Positions 38,827 through 46,815 of a DNA stretch of 46,815 nucleotides are shown piece by piece. The stretch spans positions 7,627-54,441 of the forward strand of contig CAZCOL010000009.1 of assembly GCA_964500545.1 (NCBI GenBank), read 5' to 3'. The notes under the pieces are model-generated. The model saw nothing but the letters and a program-made list of their open reading frames with translations, was not told the DNA's origin and did not search any database. Position 1 is the stretch's first letter. Every line of letters begins with the position of its first letter. A program made the position numbers and the translations under genes. This DNA is from an uncultured Ferruginibacter sp. GTDB taxonomy: Bacteria > Bacteroidota > Bacteroidia > Chitinophagales > Chitinophagaceae.

Positions 38827-39981
38827 TTATTTCAAGATACTTCTGCTGATTACAATTCTCTGGACTTCACTGGTGCCTTCATAAATTTGAGTAATTTTAG
38901 CATCCCGCATCAGTCGTTCAACATGGTATTCTTTCACAAAGCCGTAACCGCCATGAATTTGAACTGCTTCAGTTGTAGTCCACATGGCTGTTTCACTGCT
39001 GAATACTTTGGCCATGGAACTGCTGAGCGTGTAGTCCAGGTGTTGATCTTTCTCCCATGCCGATTTCAGGCAAAGCAATCTTGCTGATTCAATTTTTGTA
39101 GCCATATCGGCAAGCTTGAACTGTATGATCTGGTGGTTCATAATTTCGGTGCCAAAAGCTTTTCTTTGTTTGCTGTATGCCAGAGCCAGCTCATAAGCTC
39201 CGCTGGCTATTCCCAATGCCTGTGAAGCAATGCCGATTCTTCCGCCTGCTAATGTTTTCATTGCGAATTTAAATCCGAAACCATCTTCACCAATTCTGTT
39301 TTCTTTGGGAACTTTTACATCATTGAATAAGATGGTGTGAGTATCACTTCCTCTTATACCCAGTTTGTTTTCCTTGGCACCTACGACTACACCTGGCCAA
39401 TTTTTTTCAACAATAAAAGCGTTGATACCTTTACTTCCCTTGCTGACATCTGTTTGTGCAATTACCAGATAAACACTTGCACTGTTTCCGTTTGTAATCC
39501 AGTTTTTTGTACCATTGAGCAAATAGTAATCACCTTTATCTTCAGCAGTGGTGCGCTGTGAAGTTGCGTCACTGCCGGCTTCAGGCTCACTCAATAAAAA
39601 TGCGCCAATGTATAGTTCGCCATTCTTTTTTCCCTGAGCCAAAGGGGTCAGGTATTTTTGTTTTTGTTCCTCGTTGCAATACTCCTGCAGTCCATAGCAT
39701 ACCAAACTGTTGTTAACACTCATGCAAACACTCACACTGGCATCCACTTTGCTGATTTCTTCCATGGCAAGTACGTAGCTGATGGTATCCATTCCACCTC
39801 CTCCGTATTCCGGTTTTACCATCATTCCCATAAAGCCAAGGTCAGCTAGTTTTTCAATTTGTTCTTTTGGGAATATTTGTTTTTCATCCCGATCTATTAC
39901 ACCAGGCAAACATTCGTTTTTTGCAAAATCACGTGCCGCATTTTGAATCATTAGGTGTTCTTCGGAAAGTTGAAAATTCAT
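38827..39981 (-). CDS. Acyl-CoA dehydrogenase (short-chain type)
   Basis: LSEPEAGSD, NGTKNWITN, KLGIRGS, GRIGIA, QIHGGYG, IYEGTSEVQR. Confidence 0.95.
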   Translation of the reverse strand: MNFQLSEEHLMIQNAARDFAKNECLPGVIDRDEKQIFPKEQIEKLADLGFMGMMVKPEYGGGGMDTISYVLAMEEISKVDASVSVCMSVNNSLVCYGLQEYCNEEQKQKYLTPLAQGKKNGELYIGAFLLSEPEAGSDATSQRTTAEDKGDYYLLNGTKNWITNGNSASVYLVIAQTDVSKGSKGINAFIVEKNWPGVVVGAKENKLGIRGSDTHTILFNDVKVPKENRIGEDGFGFKFAMKTLAGGRIGIASQALGIASGAYELALAYSKQRKAFGTEIMNHQIIQFKLADMATKIESARLLCLKSAWEKDQHLDYTLSSSMAKVFSSETAMWTTTEAVQIHGGYGFVKEYHVERLMRDAKITQIYEGTSEVQRIVISRSILK

Positions 39982-40003
39982 GGGTTGTCTTTTTTTATTT
40001 TTG

Positions 40004-40011
40004 CAAAATTA
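40004..40011 (-). promoter_or_regulatory. -7 promoter element (TAATTTTG) for acyl-CoA dehydrogenase
   Basis: TAnnTTTG consensus 22 nt upstream of the ATG. Confidence 0.5.
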
Positions 40012-40143
40012 ATGTTTGTTCAACTTGTTTGCCAATATATTAATTAAAAATCAATTTGTGATTTCTGTTTTCATAGTTATCTTTACTATTATCTGATAAA
40101 ACCCTGCTTTCGATTATTTTATTAAACAATTCAGTAAATAATT

Positions 40144-41136
40144 TTGAATACTGCACGTCAAAATTTTAAAATTCAAAAAAATATCGCAATTATATCTGTT
40201 GCTTTATTTCTAATAAAATTGGTTGCCTGGTTTTTAACCCATTCTGTGGCCATACTTACAGATGCATTGGAGAGTATAGTAAACGTGATTGCAGGTTTTA
40301 TTGGGTTATACAGTTTACATGTCTCGGGTAAACCCAAAGATTCTGATCATCCTTACGGTCATGGAAAAGTTGAATTTATATCTGCGGCGATTGAAGGGGT
40401 ATTAATTGCATTAGCAGGATTATTAATCATAAGAGAGTCAATAATTAATCTTTCGCATCCTCATGAAATTCATCGATTGGATTATGGAATTTTATTGATA
40501 GTATTTACTGCATTAATCAACTTATTGGCGGGAAGGTATTGTGTAAAAACCGGCAAAAAAAACAATTCTCTCGCATTAATAGCTGGAGGGAAGCATCTGA
40601 TAGCAGATACTTTAACGACGTTTGGAATAGGCGTAGGTTTAATAATGATTTACTTTACCCAAATTATTTGGTTGGACAGTATTGTTGCGATTGTATTTGC
40701 TTTGTTTATTTTATACACTGCTTACAAAATTGTAAGAAGTTCCATTGCAGGCATCATGGATGAAGCAGATATGGAATTGCTGGAGAAAATTGTTGACACA
40801 TTAAACAAAAACAGAACTGAGAATTGGGTTGATCTTCACAATCTTAGAATTATTAAATACGGCTCAATGCTTCACTTGGATTGTCACCTTACTGTTCCAT
40901 GGTACTTCAATGTACATGAAGCACATGATGAAATTGATCAATTGTCCGGATTGGTAAGAGAGCATTTTGGAGATTCAGTTGAATTGTTTGTTCATTCAGA
41001 CGGATGTCTTGATTTTTCTTGTTCAATTTGCGATAAGCAAAATTGTAAAGAAAGAAAATCTCCCTTTCAACAAAGGTTAAAATGGACAATGCAAAATATT
41101 TCCGGCAATAAAAAGCACCAAATGACCAATGACTGA
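40144..41136 (+). CDS. Cation diffusion facilitator (FieF-like) with Cys-rich C-terminal extension
   Basis: S.A.L.DALES..N, KP.D..HPYGHGK.E, HL..D; C-terminal HSDGC...SC.IC....C; TTG start. Confidence 0.9.
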   Translation: MNTARQNFKIQKNIAIISVALFLIKLVAWFLTHSVAILTDALESIVNVIAGFIGLYSLHVSGKPKDSDHPYGHGKVEFISAAIEGVLIALAGLLIIRESIINLSHPHEIHRLDYGILLIVFTALINLLAGRYCVKTGKKNNSLALIAGGKHLIADTLTTFGIGVGLIMIYFTQIIWLDSIVAIVFALFILYTAYKIVRSSIAGIMDEADMELLEKIVDTLNKNRTENWVDLHNLRIIKYGSMLHLDCHLTVPWYFNVHEAHDEIDQLSGLVREHFGDSVELFVHSDGCLDFSCSICDKQNCKERKSPFQQRLKWTMQNISGNKKHQMTND

Positions 41137-41158
41137 TCTTTGTCAATCAGTTTAAAAT

Positions 41159-41866
41159 TTAGTGTTCAAAAATTTTCGCTACTCCAAAAGCGGCGGCTGC
41201 AGCCAATGCGCCTATGAGCATAACTCTAAGTGCTCCAAACCATGGATTGATGCCGGTAATTTTGCTTTTGAAATAACCGAAAGTAAACAAACAAGCCAAT
41301 GTGGCTATCACTGAGTATTTTAATGCTTCAGTTGAATCGCTTATAAAAAAATAGGGGCTCAAAGGAATGATCCCGCCTGCAATGTATGATAAACCAATAT
41401 TTAAAGCACTTTTTGCAGCTCTTTTAGGGTCAGGTTTTTCCAATCCCAATTCATATTTCATCATGAATTCAACCCATTTGTCTTTGTCTTTTGAAATTTC
41501 TTCAGTAGCACTTTTTTGCAATGCTTCACTTAAGCCTAATCCTGCAAAGAATTCTTTTGTTTCTTCAATTTCTTTATGCCTCAGGTTTTCCACTTCATCA
41601 TACTCCCTTTTGACTTCACTGTCGTAATGATCCTGCTCAGTTTTCCCTGCAAGATAACCCCCAAGACCCATGGCTATACTGCCTGCTGCAATTTCAGCAA
41701 TGCCTGCAATGACAACTATGCTGCTGCTGTCAACGGCACCGCTTAAACCGGCAGCTAAGGCAAAAGGAACGGTTAGCCCGTCACTCATACCGATGACAAC
41801 ATCCCTTAAAAGATCTGAGCTTTTTAAATGAATTTCCTGATGGTCGTGGTGAAGATGCGTGTCCAT
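41159..41866 (-). CDS. VIT1/CCC1 family iron/manganese transporter
   Basis: RDVVIGMSDGL, AEI.AG.I.MGLGGYL, Glu-rich cytosolic domain, MM.YELG. Confidence 0.92.
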   Translation of the reverse strand: MDTHLHHDHQEIHLKSSDLLRDVVIGMSDGLTVPFALAAGLSGAVDSSSIVVIAGIAEIAAGSIAMGLGGYLAGKTEQDHYDSEVKREYDEVENLRHKEIEETKEFFAGLGLSEALQKSATEEISKDKDKWVEFMMKYELGLEKPDPKRAAKSALNIGLSYIAGGIIPLSPYFFISDSTEALKYSVIATLACLFTFGYFKSKITGINPWFGALRVMLIGALAAAAAFGVAKIFEH

Positions 41867-41870
41867 ATAG

Positions 41871-43109
41871 TTATGATTGTAAAATAGAAAGTGATTGTTT
41901 GATGATTGAAATGCTGTCCAAAATTTGATCTCTATTAATAATTAATGGGGGTGCGAATCTTATCTTATCTCCATGAGTAGGTTTTGCAAGCAAACCCTGT
42001 TCTTTTAATTCGATACAAAGATCCCATGCAGCTTCCGGGTTTTTGTGTTCTATCACAATAGCATTCAAAAGACCACGGCCACGGGTACACGAAATAAATG
42101 AAGAATTTATTTTTTGCAATTCATTTCTGAATAACAAGCCCATTTCAGCTGCATTTTCTGCCATTTTTTCATCTTTTAAAACCTGTAAAGCAGTCATTGC
42201 CACTTTGCATGCCAATGGATTCCCACCATAGGTGCTTCCGTGCTCTCCGGGTTTTATGGTCAACATGATTTCATCATTACACAATACTGCACTAATTGGC
42301 AGAGTACCTCCACTTAAGGCTTTGCCCAATATCAATATATCCGGCTTAATATTTTCATGGTCGCAGGCCAGCATCTTGCCTGTTCTGGCAAGCCCCGTCT
42401 GTATTTCATCTGCAATCATCAATACATTGTATTCACTGCAAAGTTTTCGGACTCCGGCTATATAGCCATCATCAGGAACAACCACACCCGCCTCGCCTTG
42501 AATGGGCTCAAACATAAAAGCAGCAACATTTTTGTCCTGCATTGATTTTTCCAAAGTCATCAAATCATTATAGGGGACGATTTCAAATCCTGGCATAAAA
42601 GGTCCAAAATTATTGTAGCTGCTAGGGTCTGTCGATGAGGAGATTGCCGCCATTGTTCTTCCCCAGAAATTTCCTTCTGCAAAAAGAATTTTCGCCTTAT
42701 TTTTTTCGATGCCTTTGACTTGGTAGCCCCATCTTCTTGCGAGTTTGATGGCTGTTTCACCCCCCTCAACACCCGTGTTCATTGGAAGAACCTTGTCATA
42801 TCCAAAATAAGAAGTAATGTACTGCTCATATTCACCCAACAAGTTATTGTGAAATGCCCTGGATGTTAATGTTAGAATTTCCGATTGGGATTTCAATGCA
42901 TCAATTATTTTGGGGTGGCAGTGTCCTTGATTGACTGCAGAATATCCGCTTAAAAAATCGTAGTATCTTTTATCATCTACATCCCATAGGTGAACGCCCA
43001 ATCCCTTTTTTAGTACAACGGGCAATGGATGATAATTGTGAGCACCATATTTATCTTCCAGTTCTAAATAATAGCTAGTTTTTTCAGACAAAAAATTGAC
43101 AGTGTGCAT
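41871..43109 (-). CDS. rocD: Ornithine--oxo-acid transaminase
   Basis: [64 protein letters not shown]. Confidence 0.96.
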   Translation of the reverse strand: MHTVNFLSEKTSYYLELEDKYGAHNYHPLPVVLKKGLGVHLWDVDDKRYYDFLSGYSAVNQGHCHPKIIDALKSQSEILTLTSRAFHNNLLGEYEQYITSYFGYDKVLPMNTGVEGGETAIKLARRWGYQVKGIEKNKAKILFAEGNFWGRTMAAISSSTDPSSYNNFGPFMPGFEIVPYNDLMTLEKSMQDKNVAAFMFEPIQGEAGVVVPDDGYIAGVRKLCSEYNVLMIADEIQTGLARTGKMLACDHENIKPDILILGKALSGGTLPISAVLCNDEIMLTIKPGEHGSTYGGNPLACKVAMTALQVLKDEKMAENAAEMGLLFRNELQKINSSFISCTRGRGLLNAIVIEHKNPEAAWDLCIELKEQGLLAKPTHGDKIRFAPPLIINRDQILDSISIIKQSLSILQS

Positions 43110-43260
43110 ATTGAAAAATTAAATGATCAGTAAAAAGGATGAGATATTGGTATAGGAAACATTTCCCTCATTTAAATGAGGGCTAAAAAAACTATCCTCG
43201 ATGATTTAGTAAATCAAGGTTATTCAACAGAAAGTATATGATTGAATTGCTCATTTGTAT
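43110..43260 (-). promoter_or_regulatory. Structured ~150-nt 5' leader of rocD; candidate attenuator
   Basis: Hairpins at 43222-43247 and 43196-43219, U7 tract at 43185-43191, perfect 18-nt palindrome at 43165-43182, C/U-rich stretch at about 43131-43160. Confidence 0.55.
43192..43254 (-). CDS. Putative leader peptide MSNSIIYFLLNNLDLLNHRG upstream of rocD
   Basis: ATG at 43254, 20 sense codons, TAG at 43194-43192; starts 9 nt after a consensus -7 element; below the ORF-track length cutoff. Confidence 0.5.
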   Translation of the reverse strand: MSNSIIYFLLNNLDLLNHRG

Positions 43261-43263
43261 TTT

Positions 43264-43271
43264 CAAATATA
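43264..43271 (-). promoter_or_regulatory. -7 promoter element (TATATTTG) for the leader-rocD transcript
   Basis: Exact TAnnTTTG match just after the ispE stop codon. Confidence 0.6.
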
Positions 43272-43276
43272 GGCAC

Positions 43277-44092
43277 TTAAACCCATTTCATAAAGTAAGA
43301 ATTTGGGAAATTTAATTCAGGTACAATGTTTTTTTCAAAGATGCCATAGACTGTACTGCCGGTACCGCTCATGGAAGCGAAAGTTGCCCCTGAATGATAC
43401 AAGGCATCTTTAATGTTTTTGATTGCAGGAAATGCAGCAAATACCGGTATTTCAAAATCATTTAGTATGTATTTTTTCCATTCTTCCACCGGAATGTTTG
43501 CAATGTCTTTGAGGGAATCTGATTTTTTATGAATGTTCAAATTTGAAAAAGCCCATCCGGTATTTATATGAATACCCGGATTGATCAATACAATTTTATA
43601 ATCTTTCATTTTTAAAGAAACAGGCTCGAGCAATTCTCCTCTTCCTGTTGCAAAAGACGTTTCATTGTTAATAAAAAAAGGGCAATCGCTTCCCAGTTTT
43701 AAAGCGTATTCTATCAAATCGCTATTACTAAGCCCAATACCAAATAGTTTGTTCAATAATTTAAGTGTAAATGCTCCATCTGCTGAACCTCCACCCAAAC
43801 CTGCACCCGATGGAATGTTTTTATGCAAATGAATTTTTACGGCATGAAGTTCAGGGTAATCTTTTTTTAATAATTCAAACGCTTTGATAATTAAGTTATC
43901 AGATTCCTTTCCCGGAATAATATTTCCTGTTTGATTGAATTGAATAGTTTCTCCTGTATCGGCTTGTAAGACTTCCAAAGCATCTTTTATATCAATGGGA
44001 TGAAATATTGTTTGAAGATTGTGAAAACCGTCCGGTCTTTTGCCGGTAATATTCAACCCTATGTTAATCTTGGCATTTGGAAAACAAACCAT
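43277..44092 (-). CDS. ispE: 4-(cytidine 5'-diphospho)-2-C-methyl-D-erythritol kinase
   Basis: AKINIGL, R.DGFH.L.T, K.IP.GAGLGGGSAD, LGSDCPFF, MSGTGS. Confidence 0.96.
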   Translation of the reverse strand: MVCFPNAKINIGLNITGKRPDGFHNLQTIFHPIDIKDALEVLQADTGETIQFNQTGNIIPGKESDNLIIKAFELLKKDYPELHAVKIHLHKNIPSGAGLGGGSADGAFTLKLLNKLFGIGLSNSDLIEYALKLGSDCPFFINNETSFATGRGELLEPVSLKMKDYKIVLINPGIHINTGWAFSNLNIHKKSDSLKDIANIPVEEWKKYILNDFEIPVFAAFPAIKNIKDALYHSGATFASMSGTGSTVYGIFEKNIVPELNFPNSYFMKWV

Positions 44093-44131
44093 GTAGCGGG
44101 TTTAGGAGTAATCAAACTTTTAAAGAATAGG

Positions 44132-44725
44132 CTATGAATTATTTGAACCTCTTTTTTTTAATTCGTCCCTTATTGAGATTGCTTTTATGTAATCTTCCTG
44201 TTCCAGTACTTCCTCCAGCATCTCTTTAAGTTCTTCTGTTTTCATTGAACTTAAATCATCTTTTCCTTTTCCGGTTTCACTTGTAATAGGGGCTGATTTA
44301 TTCTCCTTATTTTGTTTATCAGGAGATACTCCTGCATTGGAGAGGATCTCTTCATATGTATAAATAGGACAACCGAATCTTACAGCCATGGCAAGTGCAT
44401 CCGATGTTCTGGAATCAATTTCTATGGTATCATTGGCAGAGCTGCAAACCAGTTTTGAATAAAAAACTCCTTCCTGGTAATCGTTGATGACGATTTCATT
44501 TAATTCAATATTGAATGCCAGCATGAAGTTTCTCATAAGGTCATGAGTCAAAGGTCGACTGGGTAACATTCTCTCTAAAGCGACAGCTATTGCCTGTGCT
44601 TCAAATCCACCAATGACAATTGGTAAACGTCTGAGTCCATTCATTTCACCCAATACAACTGCATAAGAATGCGTTTGGGTTATACTGTGTGAAAGGGCAA
44701 TTATTTCCAACTCTATCTTTCTCAT
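44132..44725 (-). CDS. Bifunctional nuclease family (DUF151) protein with C-terminal UVR domain
   Basis: LPIVIG.FEAQAI, RPLTHDL, IDSR.SDA.A.A; C-terminal LEEVLEQEDY.KA..IRDEL. Confidence 0.9.
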   Translation of the reverse strand: MRKIELEIIALSHSITQTHSYAVVLGEMNGLRRLPIVIGGFEAQAIAVALERMLPSRPLTHDLMRNFMLAFNIELNEIVINDYQEGVFYSKLVCSSANDTIEIDSRTSDALAMAVRFGCPIYTYEEILSNAGVSPDKQNKENKSAPITSETGKGKDDLSSMKTEELKEMLEEVLEQEDYIKAISIRDELKKRGSNNS

Positions 44726-44752
44726 CAAACACGTAAAATTATTAATTGACTA

Positions 44753-44760
44753 CAAATATA
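44753..44760 (-). promoter_or_regulatory. -7 promoter element (TATATTTG) for the DUF151 gene
   Basis: TAnnTTTG consensus 27 nt upstream of ATG 44725. Confidence 0.5.
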
Positions 44761-44818
44761 AAAAAATAAGCCTTCCAATTTTGACTGAAAGGCCTTCATT
44801 TTTAAAGGTTTGTTGTCA

Positions 44819-45784
44819 TTATGACGAAGATTTCATTTTTTTTATTGAATCTATGATTTTGGGCACTACTTCAAATGCATCTCCCACTATTCCATAGTCT
44901 GCAGCCTTGAAAAAAGGAGCTTCGGGATCTTTATTGATTACAACAATTGTTTTACTTCTGTTTACTCCCGCCAAATGCTGGATGGCACCTGATATGCCGA
45001 TGGCAATATACAGATTTGGTGCAATTGCTAAACCTGTTTGTCCAACATGTTCGTGATGAGGGCGCCAGTGAATGTCAGCAACGGGTCGGCTACATGCGGT
45101 GGCAGCGTTTAGCAACGATGCCAATTCAGTTACCAGGCCCCAGTTTTCAGGCCCTTTCAATCCTCTTCCGCCACTTACTACAATGTCGGCTTCACCTAAA
45201 GGCACTTCACCGGTGATTTTATTTACAGCGGTTGTTTCTATAGTTGAAGTAGGAATGGATGTGCTGAAAGGAACAATTTCCGCCAAACCCTCAACTTTGG
45301 CAATATTGAAAGAATTTGGATTTACTGAAATTATTTTTATGGCTGTGTTGATGGAAATATTTGCAAATGCTTTTCCGCTGAACACACTTTTTTTAACTAT
45401 GAAACCATTGGATAAATCAGGAAGTGCTACTGCTCCGGAAACAAGGCCTGCTTTTAGTTTTACGCTTAATCTGGGTGCAATCGCTTTGCCTGAAATGTTG
45501 TTGGAAAAGACAATGGTATCAGCTCCAGTTGAAACTGCTAAATCGTTGATAAGTTTGGCATATACTTGAGCATCAAATTTATTCAACTGGCTATCTTCAA
45601 TTGTATGCACTTTTTTGAGTCCGTAGTTTCCCAATGCGGAAAGATTGTCTTCTGTTTTTCCGAGTAAGATTCCTTCTGCATGTGTTCCGAGTAAAGAAGC
45701 AGTTTGTGCTCCATAAGATGCTGCTTCAAAAGATGATTTTTTTATTTTTCCATCCGCTTGGTCAATGAAAACTAATACGCTCAT
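44819..45784 (-). CDS. etfA: Electron transfer flavoprotein subunit alpha
   Basis: [39 protein letters not shown]. Confidence 0.96.
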   Translation of the reverse strand: MSVLVFIDQADGKIKKSSFEAASYGAQTASLLGTHAEGILLGKTEDNLSALGNYGLKKVHTIEDSQLNKFDAQVYAKLINDLAVSTGADTIVFSNNISGKAIAPRLSVKLKAGLVSGAVALPDLSNGFIVKKSVFSGKAFANISINTAIKIISVNPNSFNIAKVEGLAEIVPFSTSIPTSTIETTAVNKITGEVPLGEADIVVSGGRGLKGPENWGLVTELASLLNAATACSRPVADIHWRPHHEHVGQTGLAIAPNLYIAIGISGAIQHLAGVNRSKTIVVINKDPEAPFFKAADYGIVGDAFEVVPKIIDSIKKMKSSS

Positions 45785-45828
45785 AAAAAATAGATGTTTA
45801 AAATTTCTTAAAGAAATAAATAAAATAA

Positions 45829-46572
45829 TTAAATGACTTTAGCTTCTTCGCGCAAAAGTCTTACCAATTCTTCAGGTGTTTCAGGAGAAACCAATTTTAC
45901 TCCGGCTTTTGCGGGGGGCAAATCAAATGTTGCAACAGACGTGAACTCTTCTGCTGCAGCAGGTTCTACTACTTTTAAAGGTTTGGTTCTTGCTCCCATG
46001 ATTCCTTTCATGTTTGGAATTCTCTGTTCTGCCATTCCTTTCTGACAACTTATCACTAATGGAAATGCGACTTTACAGGTTTCTTCACCTCCTTCAATTT
46101 CTCTTACTACCATTGCCATGCCAGATTCAATATTGAATTTTGTGGCATGAGAAATGAAAGGCAGGTCAAGTAATTCAGCCACCATTGCTCCAACGGATGA
46201 TCCATTGTAATCAATGGTTTCTTTTCCTGTTAATACCAGGTTATAATTGCCTTCTTTAGCTATGTGAGCAATTTGGGATGCAATGTAAAAGCTATCGTTT
46301 ATATCGGTATTAACTCTGATGGCTTCATCTCCTCCCAATGCCAGGGCTTTTCTGATAATGGGCTCATTGTCTGTACCGCCGATATTGATGAGGTGAATGT
46401 TTACAGTAGAATCTGCTTCTTTCAATTCAATAGCCCTTACTAGGGAATACCATTCATCGTATGGGTTGATGATCCATTGAACTCCTTCGGCACTAAATTT
46501 CGTATTGTTATCTGCGAAAGCTATTTTTGCCGTAGTGTCGGGGGTTTTACTGATACAAACCAATATCTTCAT
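45829..46572 (-). CDS. etfB: Electron transfer flavoprotein subunit beta
   Basis: MKILVC...PD, INPYDE, RKALALG.DEA, GKETID, R.P.MKGIM.A; adjacent to etfA. Confidence 0.96.
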   Translation of the reverse strand: MKILVCISKTPDTTAKIAFADNNTKFSAEGVQWIINPYDEWYSLVRAIELKEADSTVNIHLINIGGTDNEPIIRKALALGGDEAIRVNTDINDSFYIASQIAHIAKEGNYNLVLTGKETIDYNGSSVGAMVAELLDLPFISHATKFNIESGMAMVVREIEGGEETCKVAFPLVISCQKGMAEQRIPNMKGIMGARTKPLKVVEPAAAEEFTSVATFDLPPAKAGVKLVSPETPEELVRLLREEAKVI

Positions 46573-46630
46573 AACTTGAGTGTTGATATTTGAAAAAATA
46601 ATATTGTCTGAACAAAAAAGTTTCAGGGTG

Positions 46631-46638
46631 CAAATATA
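46631..46638 (-). promoter_or_regulatory. -7 promoter element (TATATTTG) for etfBA
   Basis: TAnnTTTG consensus in the divergent intergenic region. Confidence 0.5.
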
Positions 46639-46668
46639 CTTTGGTTGGTCGTTTTAAAAAAGAAAGAA

Positions 46669-46815
46669 ATGAGCCGAATTCAAAAAATACTTGAAATGAT
46701 GGAGACGTCAGGAAAAGATAGTTTTTTGCAGCATGCTTTGTCATTGGAATACATTAAAATGGGGCTTTATGAGGACGCGCTCGTTAATTTCATTGATTTG
46801 CTGGAAAGGGAACCA
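46669..46815 (+). CDS. N-terminus of a TPR protein; 3'-truncated by the window edge
   Basis: Hand translation MSRIQKILEMMETSGKDSFLQHALSLEYIKMGLYEDALVNFIDLLEREP is open to the window end; DSFL.HAL.LEY.K.G...A...F..LL...P is TPR-like; not in the ORF track. Confidence 0.75.
   Translation, partial: MSRIQKILEMMETSGKDSFLQHALSLEYIKMGLYEDALVNFIDLLEREP

Noticed and set aside
37704-44725. YraN and DUF151 nucleases as a defence island
   Set aside because: Both are widespread core genes in a housekeeping context
44761-44800. Terminator after etfA
   Set aside because: The stem (GCCTT/AAGGC) is short and imperfect; possible but not well supported
45072-45569. Long antisense ORFs (also 4467-4928, 33098-33478, 30423-30776, 8077-8424 and others in the track)
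   Set aside because: They lie opposite or within well-supported genes and have no recognisable motifs; shadow ORFs

Overview
AT-rich chromosomal segment from a Bacteroidota genome, probably Chitinophagaceae-like. This is inferred from gene content, TAnnTTTG -7 promoter elements and the general lack of obvious Shine-Dalgarno sites. It holds about 45 mostly housekeeping CDSs, with partial genes at both ends: amino-acid and metal transporters, glucan phosphorylase, gcvP, a TetR-ABC-HlyD-TolC cluster, folK/dNK, anmK, queG, clpB, rocD, ispE and etfAB. I found no rRNA, tRNA, CRISPR, integrase or transposase. Five observations stand out. (1) An unannotated 20-codon leader ORF (MSNSIIYFLLNNLDLLNHRG*) sits in a structured ~150-nt leader between a consensus promoter and rocD (ornithine aminotransferase); it is a candidate ornithine/arginine-sensing attenuator analogous to SpeFL. 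(2) A NERD nuclease gene is embedded in GTTCAATA-type short-repeat arrays that form a 27/29-bp inverted repeat around it. (3) A GT35 glucan phosphorylase has Ser in place of its PLP Schiff-base lysine. (4) A T1SS-like pump has an ABC ATPase with four degenerate catalytic motifs. (5) A cytoplasmic DsbA-fold protein has SxxC instead of CxxC and a histone-like Lys-rich tail. Family assignments come from motif recognition only; no database search was run.
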